Assembly: GCA_964275345.1 (NCBI GenBank)
Contig: CAXYBK010000003.1
Span: 569,636 to 633,635, forward strand
Direction of reading: 5' to 3'
Source: an uncultured SAR86 cluster bacterium
Lineage (GTDB): Bacteria; Pseudomonadota; Gammaproteobacteria; Magnimaribacterales; D2472
Length of the DNA stretch: 64,000 nt
A program made the translations under genes and the position numbers. Positions 10,190 through 19,270 of the stretch are shown here, one piece after another (the first letter of the stretch is position 1; every line of letters starts with the position of its first letter). The notes beneath the pieces are model-generated. The model was given only the letters and a program-made list of their open reading frames with translations. It was not told the origin of the DNA and did no database searches.

Positions 10190-11467
10190 TTATCTTTTTC
10201 TAGAAGAAGGTATGTTTAATTTAAGACGGTATTTAGAAATTGTCCTTCTAGCAAGACTGTACCCTCTTTTATTAAGTAATAACGCTATATCTTGATCACT
10301 AAGTTTAGACTTCTCATCGTCAATAATTTTTTTTATTATCTCCATAAGCTGAATCGGGGTCACATTTCTAGTTTTAGATACTGAGCTAATTAATAAAGAT
10401 TTTAAGGGAACAACGCCCCTTGGAGTCTGAATAAATTTAGCCCGCAAAATTCGAGATATAGTTGATGGATGTAAGCCTAATTCATCAGAAATCTCTTTAT
10501 TTGTTAAAGGCTTTATTTCTAATGGCTCATTTTCAAAAAAAGCATTTTGTTTTTTACAAATTATTTCTCCAACTTTTAAAACAGTCTCATTTCTCTTTTT
10601 GACTGCTCTTAAAAGCCATTTAGCATTTTGTATTTTCTCTAAGATGCTTTCGTTAGGATCTTTTTTTAATTCATGCTGGACTGAATTAATTAATTCTTGA
10701 TCAATATTTATTATTGGAAATTGATCATTAATAAAGTTAACTGAATTATTAGTATTATTTTGTGTAATGATTAGATCTGGAACTACATACTGATCATGGC
10801 TATAGCTAAGGCCCGGCGCTAAATCACATCCTTTAATAAGTTTTATTGAGTTCTCTATTAATTCTTCATCAAATTCACCCAATAATTTATTTTTTACATT
10901 AAGAATATCTAAACCAGAGCTTTCAAAAAGAATAATATTAGAGATTTGAAGCAATTGAAGATCAATTTTTTTTCTTTTAAGTTGAATATAAATAGTTTCT
11001 TTTATATCTCTAAATCCAACTCCTGCTGGATCAAGTAAATGTATAACATCTGTTAAAACCTTTTCAATTTTTTTGAATGAAAACTTAAAATCTAAAAGAT
11101 TCTCAATTTCATCTATTCCCTCAATCAATTCTCCTGAATCATCTAATGAATTGATAATAGATTCGGCAATTAGATAGTCATCCTTACTGAGGCTTAAATC
11201 ATTTAATTGCTCTAACAAATTTTCTCTTAAAGATTGTTGAGCAACCACATCTTTTTCATATTCACTAGAAAAAAAATCATCATTTAGTTCACCCTCTGAT
11301 GAATCTAACTCAATTTTTTCAAGAAAAGGGTTAATATCTATCTCTTCGTTAATCTTCTGAATTATTTCATATCTAGATAGCTGTAAAAGGTCTATTGATT
11401 TCTTAAGTTGGGGAGTGAGAGTAATTTTTTGCTTTTGAGATAATTCTCTTATCAAAGAAATGGCCAT
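10190..11467 (-). CDS. rpoN: RNA polymerase sigma-54 factor RpoN
   Basis: Region I LTPQLKKSIDLLQLS. C-terminal HTH and RpoN box (..GLHPSTISRIL.., ARRTISKYRLKLNIPSSRKR). Directly downstream of lptB as in E. coli. Confidence 0.93.
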   Translation of the reverse strand: MAISLIRELSQKQKITLTPQLKKSIDLLQLSRYEIIQKINEEIDINPFLEKIELDSSEGELNDDFFSSEYEKDVVAQQSLRENLLEQLNDLSLSKDDYLIAESIINSLDDSGELIEGIDEIENLLDFKFSFKKIEKVLTDVIHLLDPAGVGFRDIKETIYIQLKRKKIDLQLLQISNIILFESSGLDILNVKNKLLGEFDEELIENSIKLIKGCDLAPGLSYSHDQYVVPDLIITQNNTNNSVNFINDQFPIINIDQELINSVQHELKKDPNESILEKIQNAKWLLRAVKKRNETVLKVGEIICKKQNAFFENEPLEIKPLTNKEISDELGLHPSTISRILRAKFIQTPRGVVPLKSLLISSVSKTRNVTPIQLMEIIKKIIDDEKSKLSDQDIALLLNKRGYSLARRTISKYRLKLNIPSSRKR

Positions 11468-11470
11468 TAG

Positions 11471-12190
11471 CTATGAATACATTTCTCCAAGATAAACTTC
11501 ACGAACTTTAGTATTTTTTATTAACTCATCGGTAGATCCCTCTGCAAGAATCTTGCCCTCACTAAGAATTAACCCTCTACTACATATTTCAAGAGCAGCA
11601 CTTACATTGTGATCAGTAATAAGAATACTAATTCCTTGAGATACTAATTTATTAAGAATCTTTTTAATATCTTCAACTGCAATTGGATCTATTCCAGCAA
11701 ATGGTTCATCCATCAGAATAATTTTGGGCATTGTAACTAGACACCTTGCTATTTCAACCCGTCTTCTTTGACCGCCAGAAAGCTCTCTACCTTTTTGTGT
11801 AAGGATGTTACTTAAATTGAAGTCCTCTACAATTTTATTATATTTATCTTTTAATCCTTCGTCATGCTTCATAGATAACTGAGCTAATCCAAGAATATTA
11901 TCCTCTACAGATAAGTTTTGAAAAATTGATGCCTCTTGAGGCAGGTAAGAGATTCCATGTCTTGATCTTAAATGCATTGGCATATTAGTTATATTCACAT
12001 CATTTAAAAATATTTCACCATCCGAAGGTTGAATTAATCCAGCTATAGAATAAAAGGTTGTTGTTTTACCGGCTCCATTAGGACCAAGCAGACCAACTAT
12101 TTCTGCAGAATTAATACTAAAATTAATATCTTTGATAATATTTCTATTTTTTATATTCTTAGATAATTTTTTAACACTTAAAAGGCTCAT
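11471..12190 (-). CDS. lptB: LPS export ABC transporter ATPase LptB
   Basis: Walker A GPNGAGKTT, signature LSGGQRRRVEIAR, Walker B ILMDEPFAGIDP. Sits between lptA and rpoN. Confidence 0.93.
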   Translation of the reverse strand: MSLLSVKKLSKNIKNRNIIKDINFSINSAEIVGLLGPNGAGKTTTFYSIAGLIQPSDGEIFLNDVNITNMPMHLRSRHGISYLPQEASIFQNLSVEDNILGLAQLSMKHDEGLKDKYNKIVEDFNLSNILTQKGRELSGGQRRRVEIARCLVTMPKIILMDEPFAGIDPIAVEDIKKILNKLVSQGISILITDHNVSAALEICSRGLILSEGKILAEGSTDELIKNTKVREVYLGEMYS

Positions 12191-12192
12191 AT

Positions 12193-12606
12193 TTAATTCA
12201 AGACTTTACCATTCTGTTGATTAAATTTAATAGAAGAAGATTTAAACTTTATTCCATCATTTTCAAAATAAGCATCACCTGATAACTCAATACTATTGTC
12301 ATTAAATAAATAAATATTTTTTGCTTTGCCAGCAAATGGAGAATTAGAAGAGCTAGATGTTATTTCAGCTAAATTACCAGAGATATTTAGAACCTTGTCA
12401 TTGTTATTATAAATAGCACTGTCTGCTGAAATAACAATATAGTCATTTTTAATTTTCAATTTTTTCATGAAATGAATTTCATTTTTCTCTTTTAATATTT
12501 CTATTTTTTCTGATTGAATAAAAATGTCATTGTTGCTTAAATTAATTGCTAAATTAGCAGAAGCATTAAATGTAAAAATAAAAGTTAGAAATATGAGATT
12601 TTTCAA
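12193..12606 (-). CDS. lptA: Periplasmic LPS transport protein LptA (short OstA_N beta-jellyroll)
   Basis: 137 aa with a cleavable-looking signal peptide (MKNLIFLTFIFTFNASA), then beta-rich repeats (IQSEKIEI.., VISADSAIY.., ELSGDAYF..). Immediately upstream of lptB. Shorter than E. coli LptA (185 aa). Confidence 0.7.
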   Translation of the reverse strand: MKNLIFLTFIFTFNASANLAINLSNNDIFIQSEKIEILKEKNEIHFMKKLKIKNDYIVISADSAIYNNNDKVLNISGNLAEITSSSSNSPFAGKAKNIYLFNDNSIELSGDAYFENDGIKFKSSSIKFNQQNGKVLN

Positions 12607-13572
12607 TTAAACAATTCCTGATTGAAGTAAATCATGCATTGAAATTACGCCAATTGCTTGATCGGATTTAAAAACAACCAGTGTAAAAATTTTGTTATCC
12701 TCCATTGCTTTTGCAGCATCTATGGCAAGATCTTTTGATTCAATTGATTTGAAGTTCGGCGTCATAACATCTTTAATAACAGTTTGATTTATATCTACCT
12801 TATTGCCAATACATCTTCTTAGATCCCCATCTGTAAATATCCCAACTATTTTATTGTTTTCTTCAACTAAAGTCATACCAAGATTCTTGTTAGTAATTTC
12901 TAAAAGAGCATTGCTTAATAAGTCCTGAGAGCTAACTTTGGGCATATCTACCCCAGAGTGCATTACATCAGAAACTAATAAAGTAAGAGCTTTACCAAGC
13001 TTTCCAGCAGGATGTGATTTTGCAAAATCATCCTTAGTAAATCCCTTTGCTTGAAGTAGAGTGACAGCCAGAGCATCGCCAAAAGCCATAGCAGATGTAG
13101 TCGATGAAGTTGGGGCTAGATCTAAAGTGCAAGCTTCTTCGGAGGTTTTAATTTCTATATGGTTATCTGAGGCCTGTGCAATTGAAGACAAAGCATTACC
13201 TGTAACAGAAACTAATTTTTTTGAAGCTCTTTTTAAAGCAGGCAGTATAGATATAATCTCTTGAGTTTCTCCTGAATTTGAGAAGAGCAAAACCATATCA
13301 TCTTTTCCAATCATGCCCATATCGCCATGAGCAGCCTCAGTTGGATGAATAAAGAAAGAAGCAGTTCCCGTGCTTGATAATGTAGCAGCAATTTTTTGCG
13401 AAACATGTCCTGATTTCCCAACGCCCATTAAAATAAGCTTGCCATTCATGCTAAGGATGTCTTCACATAATAGATTAAAGCTATCATCTAATTGATCAGA
13501 TAGCTCAGAAACAACCCTTGACTCTATTTCAAAGATTTTTTTTGCAGCTTCGATATAATCAAATTTTTTCAT
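12607..13572 (-). CDS. kdsD: Arabinose-5-phosphate isomerase KdsD (SIS + tandem CBS)
   Basis: 321 aa. SIS motifs LMGVGKSGHV, SNSGET. C-terminal CBS pair (..IVGIFTDGDLRR.., ..AIGVISMHDLL). Conserved position upstream of the lpt genes. Confidence 0.92.
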   Translation of the reverse strand: MKKFDYIEAAKKIFEIESRVVSELSDQLDDSFNLLCEDILSMNGKLILMGVGKSGHVSQKIAATLSSTGTASFFIHPTEAAHGDMGMIGKDDMVLLFSNSGETQEIISILPALKRASKKLVSVTGNALSSIAQASDNHIEIKTSEEACTLDLAPTSSTTSAMAFGDALAVTLLQAKGFTKDDFAKSHPAGKLGKALTLLVSDVMHSGVDMPKVSSQDLLSNALLEITNKNLGMTLVEENNKIVGIFTDGDLRRCIGNKVDINQTVIKDVMTPNFKSIESKDLAIDAAKAMEDNKIFTLVVFKSDQAIGVISMHDLLQSGIV

Positions 13573-13617
13573 AATTTCATATAATTTTTCTTATCTTTCA
13601 AATGATATAATAGAGCA

Positions 13618-14232
13618 ATGTTATCCATACTGAAAAATTATTTTTTATTTATATTTATTCTTTCTTTATCTTTAGATGGTAAAGCAGAAATTAATCCTCA
13701 TGAGTTTATAGACAGCAAAGCTCAAGAGATGGTTCAGGTTTTAAAAGAAAATAGTGAGCTTTTTTATACAGATAGAGACGCCTATGAAGATAAAATTAAA
13801 GTTATATTTGAACCTATTATAGATTTTAGAAGAGTTTCAGCTCTTGTAATGGGTAAAAAATATTATGTTGCTGCAACTAAAGAGCAGAGAGCTCAATTTA
13901 TTGAAGTATTTAAAAATTCTCTTTTAGATACATATTCTGAAACTCTAGCTCAATGGCAAGATCAGAAAATAGTTACAGATTTTCCTGAATCTCTTGAATT
14001 TAAAAAGCAATTAAATGTTAAACAAAATCTATTTACTTCTAGCACGTTCTATCCAATTAAATATACTGTTAGAAGGGATGGCGATGAATGGAAAATAATT
14101 AATATCGTTGTTAATGGAGTTAATCTCGGACTAACATTTCGTAATCAATTCAGGGCGCTTGCAGATAGTCATGATGGAGATATGAATCAAACAATAGCAT
14201 CTTGGGTCTCAGATGCCGGATTTGATGAATAA
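13618..14232 (+). CDS. mlaC: Periplasmic phospholipid-binding protein MlaC (Ttg2D family)
   Basis: 204 aa. Signal peptide, then INPHEFID..., ..RVSALVMGKKYYVAATKEQRAQFIEVFKNSLLDTYSE.., ..WKIINIVVNGVNLGLTFRNQF.. These align by eye with E. coli MlaC blocks. Followed by ibaG-murA as in E. coli. Confidence 0.8.
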   Translation: MLSILKNYFLFIFILSLSLDGKAEINPHEFIDSKAQEMVQVLKENSELFYTDRDAYEDKIKVIFEPIIDFRRVSALVMGKKYYVAATKEQRAQFIEVFKNSLLDTYSETLAQWQDQKIVTDFPESLEFKKQLNVKQNLFTSSTFYPIKYTVRRDGDEWKIINIVVNGVNLGLTFRNQFRALADSHDGDMNQTIASWVSDAGFDE

Positions 14233-14452
14233 AGATATTATAAAATCAACTATTCAAGATGCTCTTCCAGAAGCAAGCCTTGAATTTATTGGTGATGATT
14301 GTAATCTTCAGCTTTTAGTAATTTCTGATGCTTTCGAGGGTATGCCTATGATTAAAAGACATAGAACTATTTTAGATTTACTAAGTGATTCATTTAAATC
14401 AGGTGAACTGCATGCTCTGAGCTTAAAAACAAAAACAAAAATGGAAAGCTGA
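14213..14452 (+). CDS. ibaG: BolA-family protein IbaG (YrbA)
   Basis: 79 aa. BolA-like ..FEGMPMIKRHRTILDLL...GELHALSLKTKT. Conserved position just upstream of murA. Start may be ATG 14213 or ATG 14225. Confidence 0.8.
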   Translation: MPDLMNKDIIKSTIQDALPEASLEFIGDDCNLQLLVISDAFEGMPMIKRHRTILDLLSDSFKSGELHALSLKTKTKMES

Positions 14453-15711
14453 TGGAAAAACTTTTAATTAAAGGTGGAAATATTCTAAATGGAGAGATCT
14501 CTTGTTCTGGTGCAAAAAATGCAGCTTTACCAATGATAGCTGCAACCATTCTTAATGATGAAAAGGTAATATTTAAGAATCTGCCATATCTTCAAGATAT
14601 AACTACTATGTTTGAGTTACTTGGTTCAATGGGCGCAGATATATCCTTAGATGAAAGTATGGATTTTTCTATTGCTTCTAATAAATTAGATGATTTAGAA
14701 GCAAGGTATGAGCTTGTAAAAACTATGCGAGCTTCAATTCTTGTTCTAGGCCCAATGGTTGCTAAGTATGGCTATGCAAAAATTGCTTTACCCGGAGGGT
14801 GTGCAATTGGCTCGCGGCCTGTAAATTTTCATTTGGATGCTTTGAAAGAGCTAGGCGCATCTATTAGTCTTGAAAATGGTTACATAGAAGCAAAAGCTAA
14901 AAAATTGATTGGTACAGATATAGTTTTTGAAGGCGTTACTGTTACAGGAACGGAAAATATAATGATGGCGGCATGCTTGGCAGAAGGCAGAACCACATTA
15001 AAAAACGTAGCAATGGAGCCTGAAATATCGGATTTAGCAGACTTGTTAAATAAAATGGGAGCCAAAGTTCATGGCGCTGGAACTGATGTTATAACAATTG
15101 ATGGAGTTGATTCACTTTACTCAACAACCTACACAATTCCTGCAGATAGGATTGAGGCTGGAACATATTTAGTGGCTGCTGCAATTACTGGCGGTAAAAT
15201 TAAAATTAATTCTATTCAGCCTGAAAGGCTTAATAATGTAATCGAAAGATTAAAAATGTCTGGAGCCATTATTGAGGTCGAAGCTAACAGCATAAGTCTT
15301 GACATGCAAAAGAGAAGACCTTTACCTGTAGATATTTCAACATCGCCATTCCCAGGATTTCCTACAGATATGCAAGCTCAATTTTCAGTTCTAAATGCAT
15401 TAGCTGATGGAAATTCAATCGTCCAAGAAAATGTTTTTGAAAATAGATTCATGCATGTTCAAGAATTGAATAGGATGGGATGTAATATTTCCACACAAGG
15501 CAATACCGCAACCATCACTGGCGTTAATGAAATATCTGGTGCCCAAGTTATGGCTACTGATTTAAGAGCCTCAGCGAGCCTTATTCTTGCAGGGCTGGTT
15601 GCTGAAGGAGAAACAGTAGTAGATAGAATTTATCACATAGATAGGGGATACGAGAGAATAGAAGAAAAGTTATCCTACCTTGGGGCAGATATCACCAGAC
15701 TTCCTAGTTAA
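14452..15711 (+). CDS. murA: UDP-N-acetylglucosamine 1-carboxyvinyltransferase MurA
   Basis: 419 aa. MEKLLIKGG..L.GEISCSGAKNAALP; active-site loop LPGGCAIGSRPVNFH; C-terminal IYHIDRGYERIEEKL. Confidence 0.96.
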   Translation: MEKLLIKGGNILNGEISCSGAKNAALPMIAATILNDEKVIFKNLPYLQDITTMFELLGSMGADISLDESMDFSIASNKLDDLEARYELVKTMRASILVLGPMVAKYGYAKIALPGGCAIGSRPVNFHLDALKELGASISLENGYIEAKAKKLIGTDIVFEGVTVTGTENIMMAACLAEGRTTLKNVAMEPEISDLADLLNKMGAKVHGAGTDVITIDGVDSLYSTTYTIPADRIEAGTYLVAAAITGGKIKINSIQPERLNNVIERLKMSGAIIEVEANSISLDMQKRRPLPVDISTSPFPGFPTDMQAQFSVLNALADGNSIVQENVFENRFMHVQELNRMGCNISTQGNTATITGVNEISGAQVMATDLRASASLILAGLVAEGETVVDRIYHIDRGYERIEEKLSYLGADITRLPS

Positions 15712-16708
15712 TTGGCTGAGTTTTAATTGATAATAGTAATTTATTTGAATTATCTGTATTTAAAACTTCTAAATCTATATTATCTCCAGGGAATGCAAGC
15801 TTTAATGCCTGAGTTAAGTTATTCCAAGACCCCGCTCCATTATTTATGCTTGTTATAAGGTCGCCCTTAACAACACCAGCTTCAATTAATGGCCCAGTAT
15901 CACCTATCTCAATGATTTCAAGAGCAAGTGATTGATTGTTACTAGAAAGTCTAATGGGTCTTACTCTAAAATTACCAATCCAAGCATTCCTTACTTTTCC
16001 ATATTTAATTAACTCCGAGGCAGCTTGAAAAACTTTTTCTGAAGGGATTGCAAAACCTAAACCTTCATATGATCCGGATTGCGAATATATCTTTGTATTA
16101 ATTCCTACTAAGTAACCTTCTTCGTTTACAAGAGCTCCACCAGAATTACCTGGATTAATAGCAGCATCAGTTTGAATTAATTCAAGATAGGGATTTCCAT
16201 AATCTCTTCCAGTCGCACTTATAATTCCGCTAGTTACAGAAAGCCCAATATTATAAGGATTTCCGATAGCAAGGACCTTATCTCCAATTCTAACATCAGC
16301 ACTGTTACCAACTTCTATTGGCAACATTTCAAATGCAACATCTGTTTTAATGACTGCAATATCTGAATCAATATCCTTACCAACTAAAACTCCTTCGCTC
16401 ATCTCACCATTTGTATGACCTATTATTATTTTTCCATTTGGAATTAGTAAGTGGCTGTTGGTAACAATATGACCTTCTTCTGAAATTACAACACCTGAAC
16501 CAATATTTTTTGTGTTTGCATATCTACTTCTTTGATATGAATTTCTTAAAGCATTTGTGTTATTTGAGGTGTATATAGTAACCACAGAAGAGATTGCCTT
16601 CTCTGATGCCAAAACAAATTTATTATCATTCTGATTGGAAAATTGTAATAATACCAACCCAGCAATCACTAATAACAATAAAACATAAATAATTTTTTCT
16701 TTTTGCAT
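15704..16708 (-). CDS. DegS/AlgW-type periplasmic serine endoprotease (trypsin domain + one PDZ)
   Basis: 334 aa. N-terminal TM anchor. Catalytic triad context TNSHL / DSDIAVIK / GNSGGALV. Single C-terminal PDZ-like region. Neighbour of zapE-rplM-rpsI as degS is in E. coli. Confidence 0.85.
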   Translation of the reverse strand: MQKEKIIYVLLLLVIAGLVLLQFSNQNDNKFVLASEKAISSVVTIYTSNNTNALRNSYQRSRYANTKNIGSGVVISEEGHIVTNSHLLIPNGKIIIGHTNGEMSEGVLVGKDIDSDIAVIKTDVAFEMLPIEVGNSADVRIGDKVLAIGNPYNIGLSVTSGIISATGRDYGNPYLELIQTDAAINPGNSGGALVNEEGYLVGINTKIYSQSGSYEGLGFAIPSEKVFQAASELIKYGKVRNAWIGNFRVRPIRLSSNNQSLALEIIEIGDTGPLIEAGVVKGDLITSINNGAGSWNNLTQALKLAFPGDNIDLEVLNTDNSNKLLLSIKTQPIN

Positions 16709-16709
16709 A

Positions 16710-17759
16710 ATGCCTATTTACGATAATATTCTAAAAAAACTTACTTCTAAAGATATCACTTTAGATAGATCTCAGCTTGATTTTATTGATATTTTTAATA
16801 AGCACAAGCCAAAGAAGTCCAGACTATTTTTTACTTTATCAAAAAATATCATTAAAGGTTTCTACTTATGGGGTGAAGTTGGAAGAGGGAAGACCCTTTT
16901 ACTTAATTCTATTTATGATGAATTAGAATTTAAAAAAGCAAAATTTCATTACATTGATTTTATGCAATCAATTCATAAAAATTTAAAAGAACTTTCAGGC
17001 AAAAAAAATCCACTAGATTTAATTGCTGACTCTTTAGCCGCTGATTATGAAGTAGTTTTTATAGATGAGTTTCAAGTAGAAGATGTTGCAGACGCAATGC
17101 TTATTACGAATTTATTCAAAAAACTCTTTGAAAAAGATATTTATTTTCTTTTATCTTCAAATGCTCATCCAACAAACTTATATCTTGATGGTCTGCAAAG
17201 ACAAAAATTTATTTCAGCTATAAATTTAATGGAGAAGCATCTTAATATTCATAAACTTGATGGTGATAAGGATTATAGAATTTCACTAATCTCACAATTT
17301 GAAAAAAATAATGATTCAGGCCTGTTTGATAAAAAGAAAATAAAAGATTTCATATCATCAACATTTGATTGCGATGAGTTTTCAGATCAAATTGAGATAA
17401 ATAATAGAAATTTTAGTTGTAACGGTTTTAATAATTCATTTTTATGGATTAGCTTTAATAAATTTTTCCACGAACCATCAAGTGCAAAGGATTATATTGA
17501 AATATGCAAAAAATATGACTGGATTCTAATTAATGAATTTAGCGCATGTGGTGATGATGAGGCTGATAGAGTCAGAAGGTTTATTAGCTTTATAGACGTT
17601 GCATATAAAGAAAATACTAAGGTAAAGTTTTTTAATGAAGGCATAAATCCAGAAAATTTATATATTGGAAAGAAATTTCAATACCTCTGGGAGAGATCAC
17701 AAAGCAGAATCAATGAAATGAAAAGTAAAAAATATTTACTAAATTCAGGGAAAAATTAA
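16710..17759 (+). CDS. zapE: Cell division-associated AFG1-like ATPase ZapE
   Basis: 349 aa. Walker A GEVGRGKT, Walker B VVFIDEFQVEDVADA. Conserved position upstream of rplM. Confidence 0.85.
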   Translation: MPIYDNILKKLTSKDITLDRSQLDFIDIFNKHKPKKSRLFFTLSKNIIKGFYLWGEVGRGKTLLLNSIYDELEFKKAKFHYIDFMQSIHKNLKELSGKKNPLDLIADSLAADYEVVFIDEFQVEDVADAMLITNLFKKLFEKDIYFLLSSNAHPTNLYLDGLQRQKFISAINLMEKHLNIHKLDGDKDYRISLISQFEKNNDSGLFDKKKIKDFISSTFDCDEFSDQIEINNRNFSCNGFNNSFLWISFNKFFHEPSSAKDYIEICKKYDWILINEFSACGDDEADRVRRFISFIDVAYKENTKVKFFNEGINPENLYIGKKFQYLWERSQSRINEMKSKKYLLNSGKN

Positions 17760-17829
17760 TTTAAATATATTAAAATATTGCTAATTATTTCCGTAAACAT
17801 TAATATTGCCGTCTTATAACTTGGGTCAC

Positions 17830-18264
17830 ATGAAAACATTTGCATTAAAAAAGGAAGAAGTACAAAGAGAATGGTTTGTTATTGACGTAACAGACAAAGT
17901 TCTTGGAAGAGTTGCAACAAAGATTGCAGATAGAATTCGTGGCAAAGATAAGCCAACATTCACACCTCATACCGATGGTGGAGACTATGTTGTAGTTATT
18001 AATGCAGAAAAAATTAAAGTTACAGGCTCTAAATTTGAAGATAAAAAATACTATACCCATTCTTTATATCCTGGCGGATTAAAAACAAGAACTTTTAGAG
18101 AACTTAACGAAACAAGACCAGAAAAGATTATTGAAGAGGCAGTTAAAGGCATGCTTCCAAAAAATAAACTAGGAAAACAGATGTTCAAAAAATTAAAAGT
18201 TTTTAGTGGGTCAGAGCACGAACACGAATCACAACAGCCTCAGGTTTGGGAACCAAAAATATGA
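17830..18264 (+). CDS. rplM: 50S ribosomal protein L13
   Basis: ORF 17806..18264. ATG at 17830 gives [20 protein letters not shown]..., matching the E. coli L13 N-terminus and length. Confidence 0.96.
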   Translation: MKTFALKKEEVQREWFVIDVTDKVLGRVATKIADRIRGKDKPTFTPHTDGGDYVVVINAEKIKVTGSKFEDKKYYTHSLYPGGLKTRTFRELNETRPEKIIEEAVKGMLPKNKLGKQMFKKLKVFSGSEHEHESQQPQVWEPKI

Positions 18265-18653
18265 AATCAGAAATGCATTATGCAACTGGAAGAAGAAAAA
18301 CTTCTTCTGCAAGAATATATTTAACAAAAGGCAAAGGTGCTATTACCGTTAATGATCGCGCCCTAGATGTTTACTTTGGAAGAAAGGTAGCACAAATGCT
18401 AGTTATGCAACCCCTAGAGCTAACTGAGTCAGTAGAAAAATTTGACATTAAAGTAATGGTTAAAGGTGGTGGTAGTTTTGGACAGGCTGGAGCAATTAGA
18501 CATGGTATTTCAAGAGCTTTAATTTCTTATGATGAAGAATTAAGACCTCAACTTAAATCTGCTGGACTTTTAACTAGAGATCCTAGAAAAGTTGAAAGAA
18601 AGAAACCAGGTTTAGTAAAAGCAAGGAAAAGCAAACAGTTTTCAAAACGTTAA
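18261..18653 (+). CDS. rpsI: 30S ribosomal protein S9
   Basis: ATG at 18261 overlaps the rplM TGA (ATGA). ..[15 protein letters not shown].. and C-terminal [17 protein letters not shown] are typical of S9. Confidence 0.96.
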   Translation: MKSEMHYATGRRKTSSARIYLTKGKGAITVNDRALDVYFGRKVAQMLVMQPLELTESVEKFDIKVMVKGGGSFGQAGAIRHGISRALISYDEELRPQLKSAGLLTRDPRKVERKKPGLVKARKSKQFSKR

Positions 18654-18697
18654 TAATTTTTCAAAAGTTATTCACTTTTTAACTTTAGGAGAAGACA

Positions 18698-19270
18698 ATA
18701 AACTCACGAAGAAAAGTATTGATTGGTCTTACCTCAGCATTTGGTGCTGCAGGTGTTCCTTTCGCTGCTACACCATTTATCGCATCATGGAATCCTAGTG
18801 CAAAAGCTAAAGCTGTTGGAGCCCCTGTTAAAGTAGATGTAACTAAAATTGATCCAGGCCAACAAATACAAATTGGATGGAGAAAACAACCAGTCTTTGT
18901 TATTAGACACTCTCAAGAGGCTATCAAGAATTTAGAATCTAGCCTCTCGAAACTTGCTGACCCTAATTCCGAGGCAATAGAAGAGCCATATAGAAATATG
19001 AATCCTACTAGATCTAAAAGTCCAGAATATACTGTTCTAGTTGGTGTCTGTACCCACTTAGGATGTTCACCAAAATTTTTTCCTGAAGTTGAACCTAAAT
19101 CTTGGGATGCTTCATGGACTGGCGGATATTTCTGCCCATGTCATGGGTCAATGTTTGATTTGGTTGGTAGAGTTTTTAAGGGAGTTCCAGCTCCTACAAA
19201 CCTTAAAGTTCCGCCTCATAATTTTAAAGGAAATATACTTACCATTGGTGAAGATGAGGAGATGTCTTAA
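18698..19270 (+). CDS. petA: Ubiquinol-cytochrome c reductase Rieske iron-sulfur subunit
   Basis: Rieske motifs CTHLGCSP and CPCHGSMFD. The track ORF starts at TTG 18719, but the twin-arginine signal (N-S-R-R-K-V-L) is encoded upstream of it. The only SD-spaced candidate start is ATA 18698 (AGGAG at 18687..18691). The 5' end is uncertain. Confidence 0.9.
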   Translation: MNSRRKVLIGLTSAFGAAGVPFAATPFIASWNPSAKAKAVGAPVKVDVTKIDPGQQIQIGWRKQPVFVIRHSQEAIKNLESSLSKLADPNSEAIEEPYRNMNPTRSKSPEYTVLVGVCTHLGCSPKFFPEVEPKSWDASWTGGYFCPCHGSMFDLVGRVFKGVPAPTNLKVPPHNFKGNILTIGEDEEMS

